A stretch of 64,000 nt of DNA from Thermoanaerobaculia bacterium (GTDB lineage: Bacteria > Acidobacteriota > Thermoanaerobaculia > UBA5066), in the NCBI GenBank assembly GCA_963719225.1, contig CAVRAY010000001.1:2144001-2208000 (forward strand), written 5' to 3'. The position numbers were made by a program, and so were the translations under genes. A model generated the notes under the pieces. The model was not told the origin of the DNA. It ran no database searches and worked only from the letters and a program-made list of their open reading frames with translations. The number at the start of each line of letters is the position of its first letter. The stretch's first letter is position 1. Shown here piece by piece: positions 20,530 to 31,597 of this stretch.

Positions 20530-21130
20530 CCAGCACGACGGCCTCCGCGATGTTCTGGGCCTCGGTGCGGCCGGACGAGACACGGGGCTTGAAGGAGTGG
20601 TCGCCGTCCTCGAGGAACGCCACGCGCAGCGAAGGAGATAGGCGGTACTTCAAGACTTCGTCCCGGCCGCCGAAGGGATCGCGAGTGCCCTGAATGACGA
20701 GGCCGCGCGTCTTGAGGCTCTCGAGGTGCCGGACGCGAAGGACGTCGGGCCTTCCCGGCGGATGGAAGGGGTAGCCGAGGCAGACGAGGCCGCCCACACC
20801 GGCCTCGTCCGCCACCATGCTCGCGATACGCCCTCCGAGGGACTTTCCGCCGATGACGAGCGTGCGCGGTCCGTCGCCGCCGCTCAGCGTGCGGATCACC
20901 TCGCGCCAGCTCTCGGACAGTACGGGCCCGCGATCCGGCGGCCCCTTCTTCCCGTCCTCGCGTCGGGCGCGCATGTACGGAAACTCGAAGCGCGCGACGC
21001 GGAAGCCCGCGGCGCCGATGCCCTTCGCGACGACGTTCAGGAACGGAGAGTCCATTGGGGCTCCTGCTCCGTGGGCGAGGACGAGCGTCCGGGCCGAGCG
21101 AGCCGGGCCGTCGAAGAGAAACCGCTCCAC
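20480..21130 (-). CDS. Alpha/beta hydrolase (KANL3/Tex30-like)
   Basis: LAHGAGAPMDS, GGKSLGGR, LGYPFHPPG, QGTRDPFG, GDHS. Confidence 0.85.
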   Translation of the reverse strand: MERFLFDGPARSARTLVLAHGAGAPMDSPFLNVVAKGIGAAGFRVARFEFPYMRARREDGKKGPPDRGPVLSESWREVIRTLSGGDGPRTLVIGGKSLGGRIASMVADEAGVGGLVCLGYPFHPPGRPDVLRVRHLESLKTRGLVIQGTRDPFGGRDEVLKYRLSPSLRVAFLEDGDHSFKPRVSSGRTEAQNIAEAVVLVKTFLEEASRESPRSA

Positions 21131-21143
21131 CTACAATCGCTCC

Positions 21144-21890
21144 GTGGGGAACAAGTATCTCTCTTACGACGACGAGCGTGCACCGAAGGTACGCGCGATG
21201 TTCACGCGCCTCGCGCGCCGTTACGACGTCGTGAACGACGTCATGAGCTTCGGGCTCCACAGGCGCTGGAAAAAGGACACGATCCGGCTCGCTCTCGAGG
21301 GTCGGACCGGGCCGGTCCGCATTCTCGATCTGTGTTGCGGCACTGGCGATCTCACGTTCCTCGCCGAGGCCAGCGCCGGACCCGGTTCGACGATTACGGG
21401 TCTCGATTTCACGCTGCCGATGCTCGGCATCGCGATCCGGCGCCGATCCGTCGGGCGGCGCCGGACCGCGTTCATCCAGGGCGACGCCCTTCGCCTTCCG
21501 TTCGCGGCCGCATCTTTCGACATCGTGACGGTGGGCTACGGGCTGCGCAACATCGCCGACCCGCTCGCGGCCCTTCGCGAGATGCGGCGCGTGCTCGCCC
21601 CCCGTGGACGCGTCGTCGTCCTCGACTTCGGAAAGCCGGACAGCCGGGCGGCCGATGTCCTCTATCAGACCTTCCTGCGGACGATGATGCCGTTCATGGG
21701 CTGGCTCTTCCACGGGGATCCCGAGACCTACCTTTACATTCCGGAGTCGCTCGTGCGCTATCCGGCCCAGAGAGGCGTGCAGGCCCTCATGCGCGAGGCG
21801 GGCCTCGACGGCGCGCGCTACGAGAGCCGTCTTCTGGGGACCATGGGTCTCAACGTCGCCGAAGCGCCGGCCGCGCCCCGGCCCCTATAA
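21144..21890 (+). CDS. UbiE/MenG-type quinone C-methyltransferase
   Basis: YDVVNDVMSFGLHRRWK, LDLCCGTGD, YGLRN, YLYIPES. Confidence 0.85.
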   Translation: MGNKYLSYDDERAPKVRAMFTRLARRYDVVNDVMSFGLHRRWKKDTIRLALEGRTGPVRILDLCCGTGDLTFLAEASAGPGSTITGLDFTLPMLGIAIRRRSVGRRRTAFIQGDALRLPFAAASFDIVTVGYGLRNIADPLAALREMRRVLAPRGRVVVLDFGKPDSRAADVLYQTFLRTMMPFMGWLFHGDPETYLYIPESLVRYPAQRGVQALMREAGLDGARYESRLLGTMGLNVAEAPAAPRPL

Positions 21891-21896
21891 TTCCCC

Positions 21897-24353
21897 GTGC
21901 CGAATTCGGAAAACCCGAGCGCGCCCCGCGGCCGCGCTGGAGCGGTCCCCGCCGTCGAAGCGCCGCTACCCGTGGCGCGGTGGATCGCGATCCTGGTCGT
22001 CCTCTTCCTGATCGTGATCGGCGCCATCGTGGCCCTCGGCACGTCCGGGCTGAACGTCCTGGCGGGCCTTCAGGCGTTCGTGAGCGCGGAGTCCCACTGG
22101 TCGAAGGGTCAGAAAGACGCTTCGCTCGCGCTTTCACGCTACCTCAGTTCGGGCGACGACGCCGATTACCGCCGCTTCCTCGGCCGCCTTGCCGTGCCGC
22201 TCGGAGACCGGAAGGCCCGGCTGGCGCTTCAGCAGTCACCCCCAGACGTTCGCGCGGCGCAGCAGGGATTCCTCGAGGGTCGAAACAGCCTTTCGAACGT
22301 CGAGGAGATGGCTCGGCTTTTCCTGCGCTACAAGGACCTCCCGGTCTTCACGCGCGCCATCGAGGTCTGGGAGCGCGCGGACCTTCTCATCGACGAGATG
22401 GTCGATCTCGGCACGCGGATTCACGAGTCCCCGACCCCGTTCCCTGAGGCGACTCACAACGCGTTCGCGAAGGAGATCGACAGACTCAACGAGCGCGCCA
22501 CCATCCTCGAAGACGCTTTTTCCGCGGCGATAGCTCAAGCCACGCGCTGGGCCCGCACGCGACTCATCGTCGCGATCCTCGTCATGACGTGCCTTCTCGG
22601 AGCTCTTTCCGTGGGCGCGTCGGCCCTGATCGCTCGCCTGCTCCGCCGCCACGACGAAGCGCTCCGTGCTTCCGAGCGCCGGTTCCGCCTCCTCTTCGAG
22701 CGAAATCTCGCCGGCCTTTTCCGGACGACGCTCGACGGCAGGATCCTCGACTGCAATTCGGCCTTCGCGCGGATCCTCGGCTATCCCTCCCGGGAGGACG
22801 TTCTCAAGGTTTCCGCCCTCGACCTCTATTCCGAGCCGTCCGACCGGGAGTCCTTCCTGGCTCGCCTCGCCCATCAGCGGGTGCTCGTGAACTTCGAGCT
22901 TTGTCTGAAGCGCCAGGACGGCACGATGGTCTGGGTCCTCGCGAACGAGAGCCTCCTCGAGCCGGAAGGTGGAGGCGAGCCCGTCATGGAAGGCAGCCTC
23001 ATCGACATCACCGACCGCAAGCGCGCCGAGCAGCAGCGCTGGCACCAGGCGAATCACGATGCCCTGACCGATCTGCCGAACCGGGTGCTCTTCAACGACC
23101 GGCTCTCCCTCGCGATCCTGCATGCGCAGCGCCGCCGCCAGTCGCTCGCCGTCATGTTCCTGGACCTCGACCATTTCAAGCGCGTGAACGACACGCTCGG
23201 CCACTCGGCCGGCGACGAGCTTCTCGTCAAGGCGGCCGACCGGCTCCGCCGCTGCATCCGGGCGGACGACACGGTGGCGCGCGTGGGCGGGGACGAGTTC
23301 CTGCTCCTTCTGAACGGCATCGCCCGCGAGAACGACGCCGCCACGATGGCGCGCAAGATCCTGGAGGTGCTTTCCGAACCGTTCCTCGTCCAGAAGCGCG
23401 AGCTCTTCATCGAGGCCTCCATCGGGATCGGCCTCTATCCCAGCGACGGTCTGGACGCCGAGGCGCTCGTGGCGAACGTGGACACGGCTATGTACCGCGC
23501 GAAGGAAACCGGCCGCAACTCCTTCCAGTTCTTCACGCGGAAGATGCAGGAGCAGTCACAGGCGCGCGCCGCGATGGAGAGCGGGCTGAGGCGCGCGCTG
23601 CCCCGCGGTGAATTCGTGCTCCATTACCAGCCGATCCTGCGCCTGGCCACTCGCGTTCCCATCGGCGTCGAGGCTCTCGTCCGCTGGCGCCATCCGGAGA
23701 AAGGCATCCTGTCCCCGCGCGAGTTCATTCCCCTCGCGGAGGACGTGGGTCTCATCACCCGCGTGGGCGAGTGGGTCCTGAGACGCGCCTGCGAGCAGGC
23801 GAAGTCATGGCAGGTCCGCGGCGCGACGCATCTCCGGATCTCCGTGAACGTCTCCGCGCGGCAGTTTCACCAGCGTGATTTTGCCGCGGCCGTGCGGCGC
23901 ATCGTCGAGGAGACCGGCCTTCCCCCGGCCTCCCTCGAGCTCGAGATCACCGAGAGCATCGCGATGCAGGACGTGACGCACACGGGAAAGATGCTCGCCG
24001 AGCTGTCGGAGTTCGGAGTCCAGATTTCCATGGATGATTTCGGAACCGGCCATTCCTCGCTGAACTACCTCAAGCATTTCCCAATCCGTCGCCTCAAGAT
24101 CGACCAGTCGTTCGTCGCCGGGATGACCCACGACGAGAAGGACAAGGCGATCGTCGCGACGATCATCTCGATGGCGGTCAATCTCGGCCTCGACGTGACG
24201 GCCGAGGGCGTCGAGACCGAGGAGCAGGCCGCGCTCCTCGGCGCCCTCGGATGTCCGGACGTCCAGGGCTTCCTGTTCGGCCGTCCGGCTCCCGCGGAGG
24301 AGGTCGAGCCGGCGCTCGGACTCGGCCCCGGCATCGCGGTTTCGCTCCCGTGA
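21897..24353 (+). CDS. Membrane PAS-GGDEF-EAL diguanylate cyclase/phosphodiesterase
   Basis: Two TM segments, PAS, HDALTDLPNR, GGDEF, EAL, DDFGTG. Confidence 0.93.
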   Translation: MPNSENPSAPRGRAGAVPAVEAPLPVARWIAILVVLFLIVIGAIVALGTSGLNVLAGLQAFVSAESHWSKGQKDASLALSRYLSSGDDADYRRFLGRLAVPLGDRKARLALQQSPPDVRAAQQGFLEGRNSLSNVEEMARLFLRYKDLPVFTRAIEVWERADLLIDEMVDLGTRIHESPTPFPEATHNAFAKEIDRLNERATILEDAFSAAIAQATRWARTRLIVAILVMTCLLGALSVGASALIARLLRRHDEALRASERRFRLLFERNLAGLFRTTLDGRILDCNSAFARILGYPSREDVLKVSALDLYSEPSDRESFLARLAHQRVLVNFELCLKRQDGTMVWVLANESLLEPEGGGEPVMEGSLIDITDRKRAEQQRWHQANHDALTDLPNRVLFNDRLSLAILHAQRRRQSLAVMFLDLDHFKRVNDTLGHSAGDELLVKAADRLRRCIRADDTVARVGGDEFLLLLNGIARENDAATMARKILEVLSEPFLVQKRELFIEASIGIGLYPSDGLDAEALVANVDTAMYRAKETGRNSFQFFTRKMQEQSQARAAMESGLRRALPRGEFVLHYQPILRLATRVPIGVEALVRWRHPEKGILSPREFIPLAEDVGLITRVGEWVLRRACEQAKSWQVRGATHLRISVNVSARQFHQRDFAAAVRRIVEETGLPPASLELEITESIAMQDVTHTGKMLAELSEFGVQISMDDFGTGHSSLNYLKHFPIRRLKIDQSFVAGMTHDEKDKAIVATIISMAVNLGLDVTAEGVETEEQAALLGALGCPDVQGFLFGRPAPAEEVEPALGLGPGIAVSLP

Positions 24354-24441
24354 GACCCGTGCGTCGAGACGCCTGATTCAGGGGAATCATCGCGCCTTCC
24401 GTCGAGACCGGATTCAATTCAGGTCCCGACGGAGGTTTGCC

Positions 24442-25089
24442 ATGCGCGTCTCGAAGTGGATGTCCCCGAAGGTCGTCACGCTCCAGCCGACCGACTCGAT
24501 CTCGACCGCCATCCACCTCATGAAGGAGAAGCGCATCCGGAGAATCCCGATCGTGAACGAGACCGGTAAGCTCGTCGGGATCGTGTCCGACCGGGACCTC
24601 AAGGACGTCTCGCCTTCGCGCGCCACGACACTCGACATCTGGGAGCTGCACGCCGTCCTCGACAAGCTGAAGGTCGCCGACGTCATGACGAAGAAGCCCT
24701 GGACGGTCAACCCCGAGACCCCGATCGAGAAGGCCGCCGCCCTCATGCTCGAGAAACGCGTCGAAGGCCTTCCGGTCCTGGACGGCAAGGGCAATCTCGT
24801 CGGGATCCTGACCGAGGGCGACGTTTTCCGGGCGCTCGTCGACGTCACGGGCGCCTCCAAGAAGCGCACGCGCGTGAACCTCGTGATTCCCGACCGCGCC
24901 GGCAGCATCCGCGAGGTCGCCGATACGATCCGCGCGCAGGGAGGAACGATCTTCTCCATCCTCTCGTCGACGTCGAAGGTCCCGGCGGGAAAGCGCGAGC
25001 TCGTGATGCGCGTCGAGGGTCTCGTCCCCGAGAATCTCCGGACCGAGCTCATGAAGTCGTGGAGCGGCGTCGCCGTCGAGACGGACTGA
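24442..25089 (+). CDS. CBS-ACT domain protein (AcuB-like)
   Basis: Two CBS repeats (LVGIVSDRDL, LVGILTEGD), C-terminal ACT-like domain. Confidence 0.85.
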   Translation: MRVSKWMSPKVVTLQPTDSISTAIHLMKEKRIRRIPIVNETGKLVGIVSDRDLKDVSPSRATTLDIWELHAVLDKLKVADVMTKKPWTVNPETPIEKAAALMLEKRVEGLPVLDGKGNLVGILTEGDVFRALVDVTGASKKRTRVNLVIPDRAGSIREVADTIRAQGGTIFSILSSTSKVPAGKRELVMRVEGLVPENLRTELMKSWSGVAVETD

Positions 25090-25141
25090 CGCCCGAGCCG
25101 TCGTGGCATCCCGATTGCGTTTGGTGGATCAGGGGTGTGCC

Positions 25142-25591
25142 ATGAGAAAAAATCTCCATGTGTCGATCGCAACCATGTCCTTGCTCGTATTGACGTCGTT
25201 GCCTGCGATGGCCCAGGTCGAAGGCCGGATCGACATTCCGCTCCCGGGACTCGAGATCCACGTCGGGCGAACGGCGCCGCCCAGGCTGCGTGTCGAACGA
25301 CGGCCGGTACGGCCGGGCCGGGGCTACGTCTGGCTCCCGGGCTTCTGGCACTGGCAGGGCAACGACTGGGGATGGATTCCCGGTCGTTGGGAGCGTCCCT
25401 CGGAGCGCGGTGCCCGCTGGAGGCGCGCGCGCTACGTGCGCGAAGGCTCGGGGTGGCGTTACGAGCCCGGCCATTGGTCGAACCAGCGCGTGATCGAAGG
25501 TGACGACTATCGGCGTTGGCGGGAGGAGCACCGGCGCGGCCGGGATCACGACCGCGACCGGGATCACGACAGGGATCACGACCGCCGCTGA
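25142..25591 (+). CDS. Exported YXWGXW-repeat protein
   Basis: Signal peptide; GYVWLPGFW, WIPGRW, YEPGHW; DHDR tail. Confidence 0.8.
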   Translation: MRKNLHVSIATMSLLVLTSLPAMAQVEGRIDIPLPGLEIHVGRTAPPRLRVERRPVRPGRGYVWLPGFWHWQGNDWGWIPGRWERPSERGARWRRARYVREGSGWRYEPGHWSNQRVIEGDDYRRWREEHRRGRDHDRDRDHDRDHDRR

Positions 25592-25612
25592 AGGCCCGAG
25601 CGGTCGCCGGAT

Positions 25613-26437
25613 CTATTTTCCGAGCTCGCCCGCGACCCGCGCCGCGGTTTCGACGCCGCGCGCGAGAACCGACCGGATGCGTCCGTCCTCCAGGGCGAGG
25701 ATGCCGGCGATCGTGCAGCCGGCGGGCGTCGTCACGTCGTCCTTGAGCGCCGCGGGATGGCGGCCCGTGGTGAGAACCATCTCCGCCGCGCCGAGCGTCA
25801 TCTGGGCCACGAGAGTCGTCGCCACGCTGCGCGGGAGCCCGCGCATGACCCCTCCGTCCGCGAGAGCCTCGATGATGATGTAGATGAAAGCCGGCCCGCT
25901 CGCGGACAGCCCCGTGACGGTGTCCATGTGCTTCTCCTCGAGCTCGAGGACGCGTCCGAGGGGAGCGAAGACCTCCGTGGCGAGCGCAATGTCGTCGTCG
26001 GTCGCGTGACTGCCCTTCGCGAGAACGGTCATGCCTTTTCCGATGAGGCACGGCGTGTTCGGCATGGCCCTCAACACGGGCGTCCCCGCTTCGAAGAGGC
26101 CCTCCAGGAAAGCCGTGCTGATTCCCGCCGCGATCGAGAGGACGAGCGGACGGCTGCTGCCGCCGCGGAGGCTGTCCGCAGCCTTCGCGACGTCCTTCGG
26201 CTTGACGCACAGGATCACGAGATCGGCCCCCTCGACGGCTTCGGCGTTCACCGTCGTGCAGAAGACGGAGAGCTCCTTCGCCAGCTTCTCGGCGCTGGCT
26301 TTCGTTCGGGCCGTCGCACGCACCTGGGAGGGTTTGACCTTCCCGGATTCCAGAAGGCCGGAGGCGATGGTCCGTCCCATCGTTCCGGATCCGATGATCG
26401 CGATACGCTTGTCGGCGAGCATGAGAGCCACCTCCAA
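25613..26437 (-). CDS. proC: Pyrroline-5-carboxylate reductase
   Basis: IGSGTMG, CVKP, SIAAG, RAMPNTP, SGPAF, VTTPAGCTI. Confidence 0.95.
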   Translation of the reverse strand: MEVALMLADKRIAIIGSGTMGRTIASGLLESGKVKPSQVRATARTKASAEKLAKELSVFCTTVNAEAVEGADLVILCVKPKDVAKAADSLRGGSSRPLVLSIAAGISTAFLEGLFEAGTPVLRAMPNTPCLIGKGMTVLAKGSHATDDDIALATEVFAPLGRVLELEEKHMDTVTGLSASGPAFIYIIIEALADGGVMRGLPRSVATTLVAQMTLGAAEMVLTTGRHPAALKDDVTTPAGCTIAGILALEDGRIRSVLARGVETAARVAGELGK

Positions 26438-26527
26438 CCGGGATTAGTTCATCCGAATCATCGCAAGACGAGGTCTCAATCGCCAAAGATGCACGGACAC
26501 GGACTAAACCCCTTACGGAGGTGGAAG

Positions 26528-27730
26528 ATGACGAAACGACGCCCTATGCAATTCGTGACGCTCGCGCTCCTCGCTGCCGGCTTGAGCGCCTTCCCCGCCC
26601 TCGCCCAGGGCAAGACCTTCAAGGTCGGCGTGCCCCTTCCGCTGACCGGCGCTGAAGCGAAGTTCGGCGAGATGGAGAAGCAGGCCTACGAGATGGCTGT
26701 GGACGAGATCAACGCGAAGGGTGGCGTGAAGGGCACGAAGATCGTGCTCGACATCCAGGATTCGGGCGGGAAGCCCGAGACGGCGACGGCGATCGTCGAG
26801 AAGTTCATCACGATCGAGAAGTACCCGATCGTCGTGGGCGAGTACACGAGCCAGTGCAGCTACGCGGTGGCCGGGATCGCCGAGAAGTACAAGGTGCCCT
26901 ATCTCGTCGTGACGGGCGCCGCCGACAAGATCACGCAGCAGGGCTGGAAGTACGTTTATCGCCTGAATCCGCCGTCGAGCCTCTACAACATGGGGATCTT
27001 CAGCTTCTTCGAGGCGGTCGCGAAGCCCAAGAGCATCGCCATCCTGTACGAGAACACCGATTTCGGGACTTCCACATCGAAGGCGATGAAGGAGTACGCC
27101 GAAGCCAAGGGGATCCAGGTCCTCCTCTACGAGGGTTATTCCGCGGGCGCGGTCGACTTCAAGCCGATCCTCCAGAAGGTCAAGTCGCTCCGTCCCGACG
27201 TCATCTACATGGTGTCGTACCTGATGGACGCTTCGATGCTCATGCGGCAGTCCAAGGAGCTCGACATCAACCCGCAGGCGTTCATCGGGGGCGCTGCCGG
27301 CTTCACGCTTCCCGAGTTCCTCCAGAACGCCGGCGAGGCCTCCGAACTCGTCATGTCGGGCACGCTCTGGACGCCCCAGGCGAAGTACCCCGGCGCGAAG
27401 GAGTTCTTCGACAACTTCAAGAAGAAATTCAACAAGGAGCCGGACTACCACGGCGTGGAGGCGTACGCCGCTGCCTACGTCCTCGCCGATACGCTGAAAC
27501 GCGCGAAGGCCTGGACCCCCGAGGACCTGCGCGCCGCGCTGGCCGAGACGAACATGATGACCGCCTTCGGACCCGTGAAGTTCGTCTCCTGGGACAAGTT
27601 CACGAACCAGAACAGGATGGACACGCTTCTCCTCCAGGTCGTCGGCAAGAAGTTCGAGACGATCTGGCCGAAAGAGGGCGCATCCGCGAAGTACGTCTTT
27701 CCGGTCCCGAAGTGGCGCGACCGCAAGTAG
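26528..27730 (+). CDS. Branched-chain amino acid-type ABC substrate-binding protein
   Basis: Signal peptide, PLTG, EINAKGGV, YENTDFG. Confidence 0.9.
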   Translation: MTKRRPMQFVTLALLAAGLSAFPALAQGKTFKVGVPLPLTGAEAKFGEMEKQAYEMAVDEINAKGGVKGTKIVLDIQDSGGKPETATAIVEKFITIEKYPIVVGEYTSQCSYAVAGIAEKYKVPYLVVTGAADKITQQGWKYVYRLNPPSSLYNMGIFSFFEAVAKPKSIAILYENTDFGTSTSKAMKEYAEAKGIQVLLYEGYSAGAVDFKPILQKVKSLRPDVIYMVSYLMDASMLMRQSKELDINPQAFIGGAAGFTLPEFLQNAGEASELVMSGTLWTPQAKYPGAKEFFDNFKKKFNKEPDYHGVEAYAAAYVLADTLKRAKAWTPEDLRAALAETNMMTAFGPVKFVSWDKFTNQNRMDTLLLQVVGKKFETIWPKEGASAKYVFPVPKWRDRK

Positions 27731-27755
27731 GCGCTGAGGAATCGGAACGGCTCTC

Positions 27756-28679
27756 ATGTCGCCTCAGGTCGCCGGACAAATAGAGCTGCTTTTGCAGGTC
27801 CTGATCTCGGGAGTCCTCCTGGGCGGCCTCTATGCCCTCATCGGGCTCGGGATGTCCCTGATCATGGGCGTGATGAAGATCATCAACCTCGCGCACGGCG
27901 AGCTGATGATGGTCGGGATGTACATCACTTTCTGGGGGTTCACGCTGGTGAAGCTGGACCCCTACGTCTCGATCCTGCTCGTCTTCCCGGCCCTGTTCGT
28001 CCTCGGCGCTCTCCTCCAGAAGTACCTCGTCGCCCCCGTCATGGAGGTCGACTCCATCCTTCCCGAAAACCAGGTGCTGCTGACGGTCGGCATCGGCATG
28101 GTCCTGTCCAACCTCGCGCTCCTCTTCTTCAGCGCGAACTACCGGTCGGTCCCCGTTTCCTACGCCAACAAGACGATCTACTGGGACCTGAAGGCGGGCG
28201 GGCAGACGATCTCGCTCTCCTTCAGCGTCCCGATGCTCATCGCCTTCGGCATCGCTCTCACTCTCGGCACGGCCCTGTTCCTGTTCCTGGGGCGAACCGA
28301 CCTCGGCCGGATGATCCGGGCAACCGCCCAGGACAAGCGCGCCGCCGCCCTGATGGGTGTCAACACGAAGCGAATGACCTACGTGACGTTCGGGCTGGGC
28401 TCGGCGCTCGTGGGCGCGGCGGGCGCCTTGCTCGTCCCGGTGTATTACCTCTTCCCGCAGATCGGCGGCCCGTTCACACTGAAGGCCTTCATCATCACGG
28501 TCCTCGGTGGGATGGGAAACATCCCCGGGGCCGTGCTGGGCGGCGTCGTCCTCGGGCTCGCCGAATCGCTCGGCTCGGTCTACATTTCGCTCGGCTACAA
28601 GGACGCCTTCGGCTTCATCATCTTCGTTCTCGTCCTGATCTTCCTGCCGAAGGGCCTGCTCGGAAAGGGGCGCGCGTGA
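27756..28679 (+). CDS. ABC permease (LivH-like)
   Basis: INLAHGE, AALMGVN, LGGMGN. Confidence 0.9.
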   Translation: MSPQVAGQIELLLQVLISGVLLGGLYALIGLGMSLIMGVMKIINLAHGELMMVGMYITFWGFTLVKLDPYVSILLVFPALFVLGALLQKYLVAPVMEVDSILPENQVLLTVGIGMVLSNLALLFFSANYRSVPVSYANKTIYWDLKAGGQTISLSFSVPMLIAFGIALTLGTALFLFLGRTDLGRMIRATAQDKRAAALMGVNTKRMTYVTFGLGSALVGAAGALLVPVYYLFPQIGGPFTLKAFIITVLGGMGNIPGAVLGGVVLGLAESLGSVYISLGYKDAFGFIIFVLVLIFLPKGLLGKGRA

Positions 28680-29626
28680 AACTGGCCCCGATCCTCGGCG
28701 CGGCCGCGGTCATCCTCGTCCCGGTGGCGACGCAGAACCCGTACGTCCTTCACATGCTGATCATGGTCCTCCTGTGGGTCGTTCTCGGACAAAGCTGGAA
28801 CCTGCTCGGCGGCTACACGGGACAGGTCTCTTTTGGCCACGCCGCCTTCTTCGGCATCGGAGCGTACACGGCCGGAATCCTCATCAAGGGGGGAGCCCCT
28901 CCCGCGACCGCGTGGGCGGGCCTGCTCCTCGGCGGCCTGACGGCCACGATCGCCGCCGCCGTCATCGGCTGGATCTGCTTCCGCCTGCGCGGCCCGTATT
29001 TCGCGCTGTCGGTTCTGGCGCTGGCGGAAGTCCTGAGGCTCGTCGCGGTGAACTGGAAACAGCTCACGAACGGCGCCGAAGGGATCCTCCTGATTCCCGC
29101 ATTCAACACGAAGGCCTACTACTACTACATCGTCCTCGCGATCGCCGCCCTGAATTTCGTCGTCATCAAATCCGTCATGCGGAGCAAGCTCGGCTACTAC
29201 TTCCTCGCGATCCGTGAGGATCAGGACGCCGCCGAGTCGCTGGGCATCGACACGACGAAGTACAAGCTTTATTCGCTCCTCATCAGCGCCTTCTTCACGG
29301 GCGCGGCGGGAGCGTTCTACCTGAACTACATGGGGTTCATCGACCCGGGCATCGTCTTCTCGATCCACGACATCTCGGTCATGGTGATCCTCGTCACGAT
29401 GCTGGGGGGCGTGGCGACCTACTGGGGCCCCGCGGTGGGCGCCGTTCTCTACATCCTCGTCTCCGAGATCTTTCGTGTCTGGCTGAAGTCGGGACATCTC
29501 GTCTTTTTCGGCATTCTCATCATCATTCTCATCGTCTTCTTCCCGAACGGAATCGTCGGAACCTGGAACGAGCGGGCGGCGAAGAGGAGCCGGCGCCGTG
29601 CGCCGGCCCCTCCGGAGACGGCGTGA
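28676..29626 (+). CDS. ABC permease (LivM-like)
   Basis: [36 protein letters not shown]. Confidence 0.9.
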   Translation: MKLAPILGAAAVILVPVATQNPYVLHMLIMVLLWVVLGQSWNLLGGYTGQVSFGHAAFFGIGAYTAGILIKGGAPPATAWAGLLLGGLTATIAAAVIGWICFRLRGPYFALSVLALAEVLRLVAVNWKQLTNGAEGILLIPAFNTKAYYYYIVLAIAALNFVVIKSVMRSKLGYYFLAIREDQDAAESLGIDTTKYKLYSLLISAFFTGAAGAFYLNYMGFIDPGIVFSIHDISVMVILVTMLGGVATYWGPAVGAVLYILVSEIFRVWLKSGHLVFFGILIIILIVFFPNGIVGTWNERAAKRSRRRAPAPPETA

Positions 29627-30342
29627 GCCTCCTCGAGCTGAAGGACGTCACGAAGCGTTTCGGCGGCCTGCAGGCCGTCGGTCACATGACGTTCTCGCTG
29701 AACAAGGGAGAGGTCCTCGGGCTCATCGGGCCCAACGGTGCCGGGAAAACGACGATCTTCAACCTCATCAACGGCTACATCCCGCCGACGTCCGGCCAGG
29801 TCCTCTTCAAGGACGAGCGCATCGACGGGCTGAAGCCGCACGTCGTCTGCCTTCGCGGGCTCGCACGGACGTTTCAGGTCGTCAAGCCCCTCGCCCGCCT
29901 CACCGTTCTCGAAAACGTCATGGCTTCCGCCTTCTGCCGGACGAACAGCCGGGAGACGGCGCGTGAAATGGCCCTGGAGGCGACGGCCTTTGCCGAGATG
30001 GAAGCCTGGCGCGATCGGTCCGCCGGAAGCCTGCCGCTCGGCATGCGAAAGCGCCTCGAGATGGCGCGCGCCCTCGCAACGAAGCCCGAGCTGCTCCTGC
30101 TCGACGAGAACTTCGCGGGTCTGAACCCCGCGGAGGTCGAGAACACGATCGAGATCGTGAAGAAGATCCATGGAAGCGGCGTGACGATCCTCATCATCGA
30201 GCACATCATGCGGGTCATCATGTCCATCTCGCACCGGCTGATCTGCATCAACTACGGCGAAAAGATCGCGGAGGGAACACCGCGCGAAGTCGCGGAGAAT
30301 CAGCAGGTCATCGACGCGTATCTGGGCGTGGCCAATGCCTGA
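29623..30342 (+). CDS. ABC ATPase (LivG-like)
   Basis: GPNGAGKTT, ARTFQ, LLDE, IEH. Confidence 0.92.
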   Translation: MSLLELKDVTKRFGGLQAVGHMTFSLNKGEVLGLIGPNGAGKTTIFNLINGYIPPTSGQVLFKDERIDGLKPHVVCLRGLARTFQVVKPLARLTVLENVMASAFCRTNSRETAREMALEATAFAEMEAWRDRSAGSLPLGMRKRLEMARALATKPELLLLDENFAGLNPAEVENTIEIVKKIHGSGVTILIIEHIMRVIMSISHRLICINYGEKIAEGTPREVAENQQVIDAYLGVANA

Positions 30343-30350
30343 GGTGCCGC

Positions 30351-31055
30351 GTGCTTGAGGTCAAGGGTATCGACGTCTCGTATGGCGACGTGCAGGTCCT
30401 CTGGGACGTCTCCTTCGACGTGAAGAAGGGCGAGATCGTCGCCCTGATCGGGGCCAACGGCTCCGGAAAGACGACCACGCTGTCGACGATCTCTTCGCTC
30501 GTGAAACCGCGGAAGGGCTCCATCGAGTACGAAGGGCAGCCGATCCACGGCCGGGAGCCCCACGAGATGGTCGACCTCGGCATCGCGCACGTGCCCGAGG
30601 CGCGCCGTCTTTTCCCGGAGATGACCGTGAAGGAGAACCTCCTCCTCGGAGCGCTGACGCCGGCGGCGAAGAAGACCCGGCCGGAGATGCTGGAGAAGGT
30701 CTTCGCGATCTTTCCGCGCCTGAAGGAGCGCGAGAAGCAGCAAGCCGGCACCCTCTCGGGCGGCGAGCAGCAGATGGCCGCGATCGGCCGCGGGCTCATG
30801 TCCAAGCCGCGCCTTCTCATGCTGGACGAGCCGTCGCTCGGCCTGTCGCCGATCCTCGTCGCCGACATCTTCAGAGTCATCAAGGACGTCCACGAGGCGG
30901 GCGTCACGGTCCTCCTCGTCGAGCAGAACGTCTTCAAGACTCTCCAGATCGCGGACCGGGCGTACGTGCTCGGCAACGGGCGCATCGTGCTCAGCGGCAC
31001 GGGTGCCGCTCTCCTCGCGGACGACAACGTCCGCCAGGCATACCTCGGCCTCTAG
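30351..31055 (+). CDS. ABC ATPase (LivF-like)
   Basis: GANGSGKTT, LSGGEQQM, LDEPSLGL. Confidence 0.92.
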   Translation: MLEVKGIDVSYGDVQVLWDVSFDVKKGEIVALIGANGSGKTTTLSTISSLVKPRKGSIEYEGQPIHGREPHEMVDLGIAHVPEARRLFPEMTVKENLLLGALTPAAKKTRPEMLEKVFAIFPRLKEREKQQAGTLSGGEQQMAAIGRGLMSKPRLLMLDEPSLGLSPILVADIFRVIKDVHEAGVTVLLVEQNVFKTLQIADRAYVLGNGRIVLSGTGAALLADDNVRQAYLGL

Positions 31056-31597
31056 AGAGCCCGCTCAGGCTCGCCGTCGCCATCGCAAGGTGCGGTTCGG
31101 CGCCTCGTCGCGCCGAGAGCGCGATCGGATGGAGAAGAAGAAGATCTTCTGCGAATGCGTAAGAGCGGCGGATCGTCCGGCCGATACGGTTCGGGACGAA
31201 GCCGGTCTCGACGTGATGCAGGACTTCCTCCCGAGCCTCGATCACCTCCCACCGCCCCGCGTACCCGCCGTACGCGGCGCCTGCCGCCGCCAGCTCCGAG
31301 AGGGTCGGAGAGAATTCTCTGTGAAAGGGAGGACGGGAGGATCCCCGCGAAGTGGACGGACATCTCGAACCCGGAAGGCAGGTAGATCAGGATCCCCGCG
31401 GGGCGCTCGAACTCCCGAGGCGAACCCCCTCCCTTTTACCTTCGAAGGAATCTCCCTCTCTTCGATCCCCTCCAGCTCCCACACCCCGACGAACCGCTCG
31501 GAATCGCGTCACGACGCCTTCTTCCCACTCCGCACGCGAAATCCCTCGGGTATAGTTCCCGGCACAAATACGAAAACCTGGTCACAGGAGGCATCCG

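Noticed and set aside
25535-25591. GATCACGAC tandem repeats
   Set aside because: They encode a low-complexity DHDR tail typical of these exported proteins.
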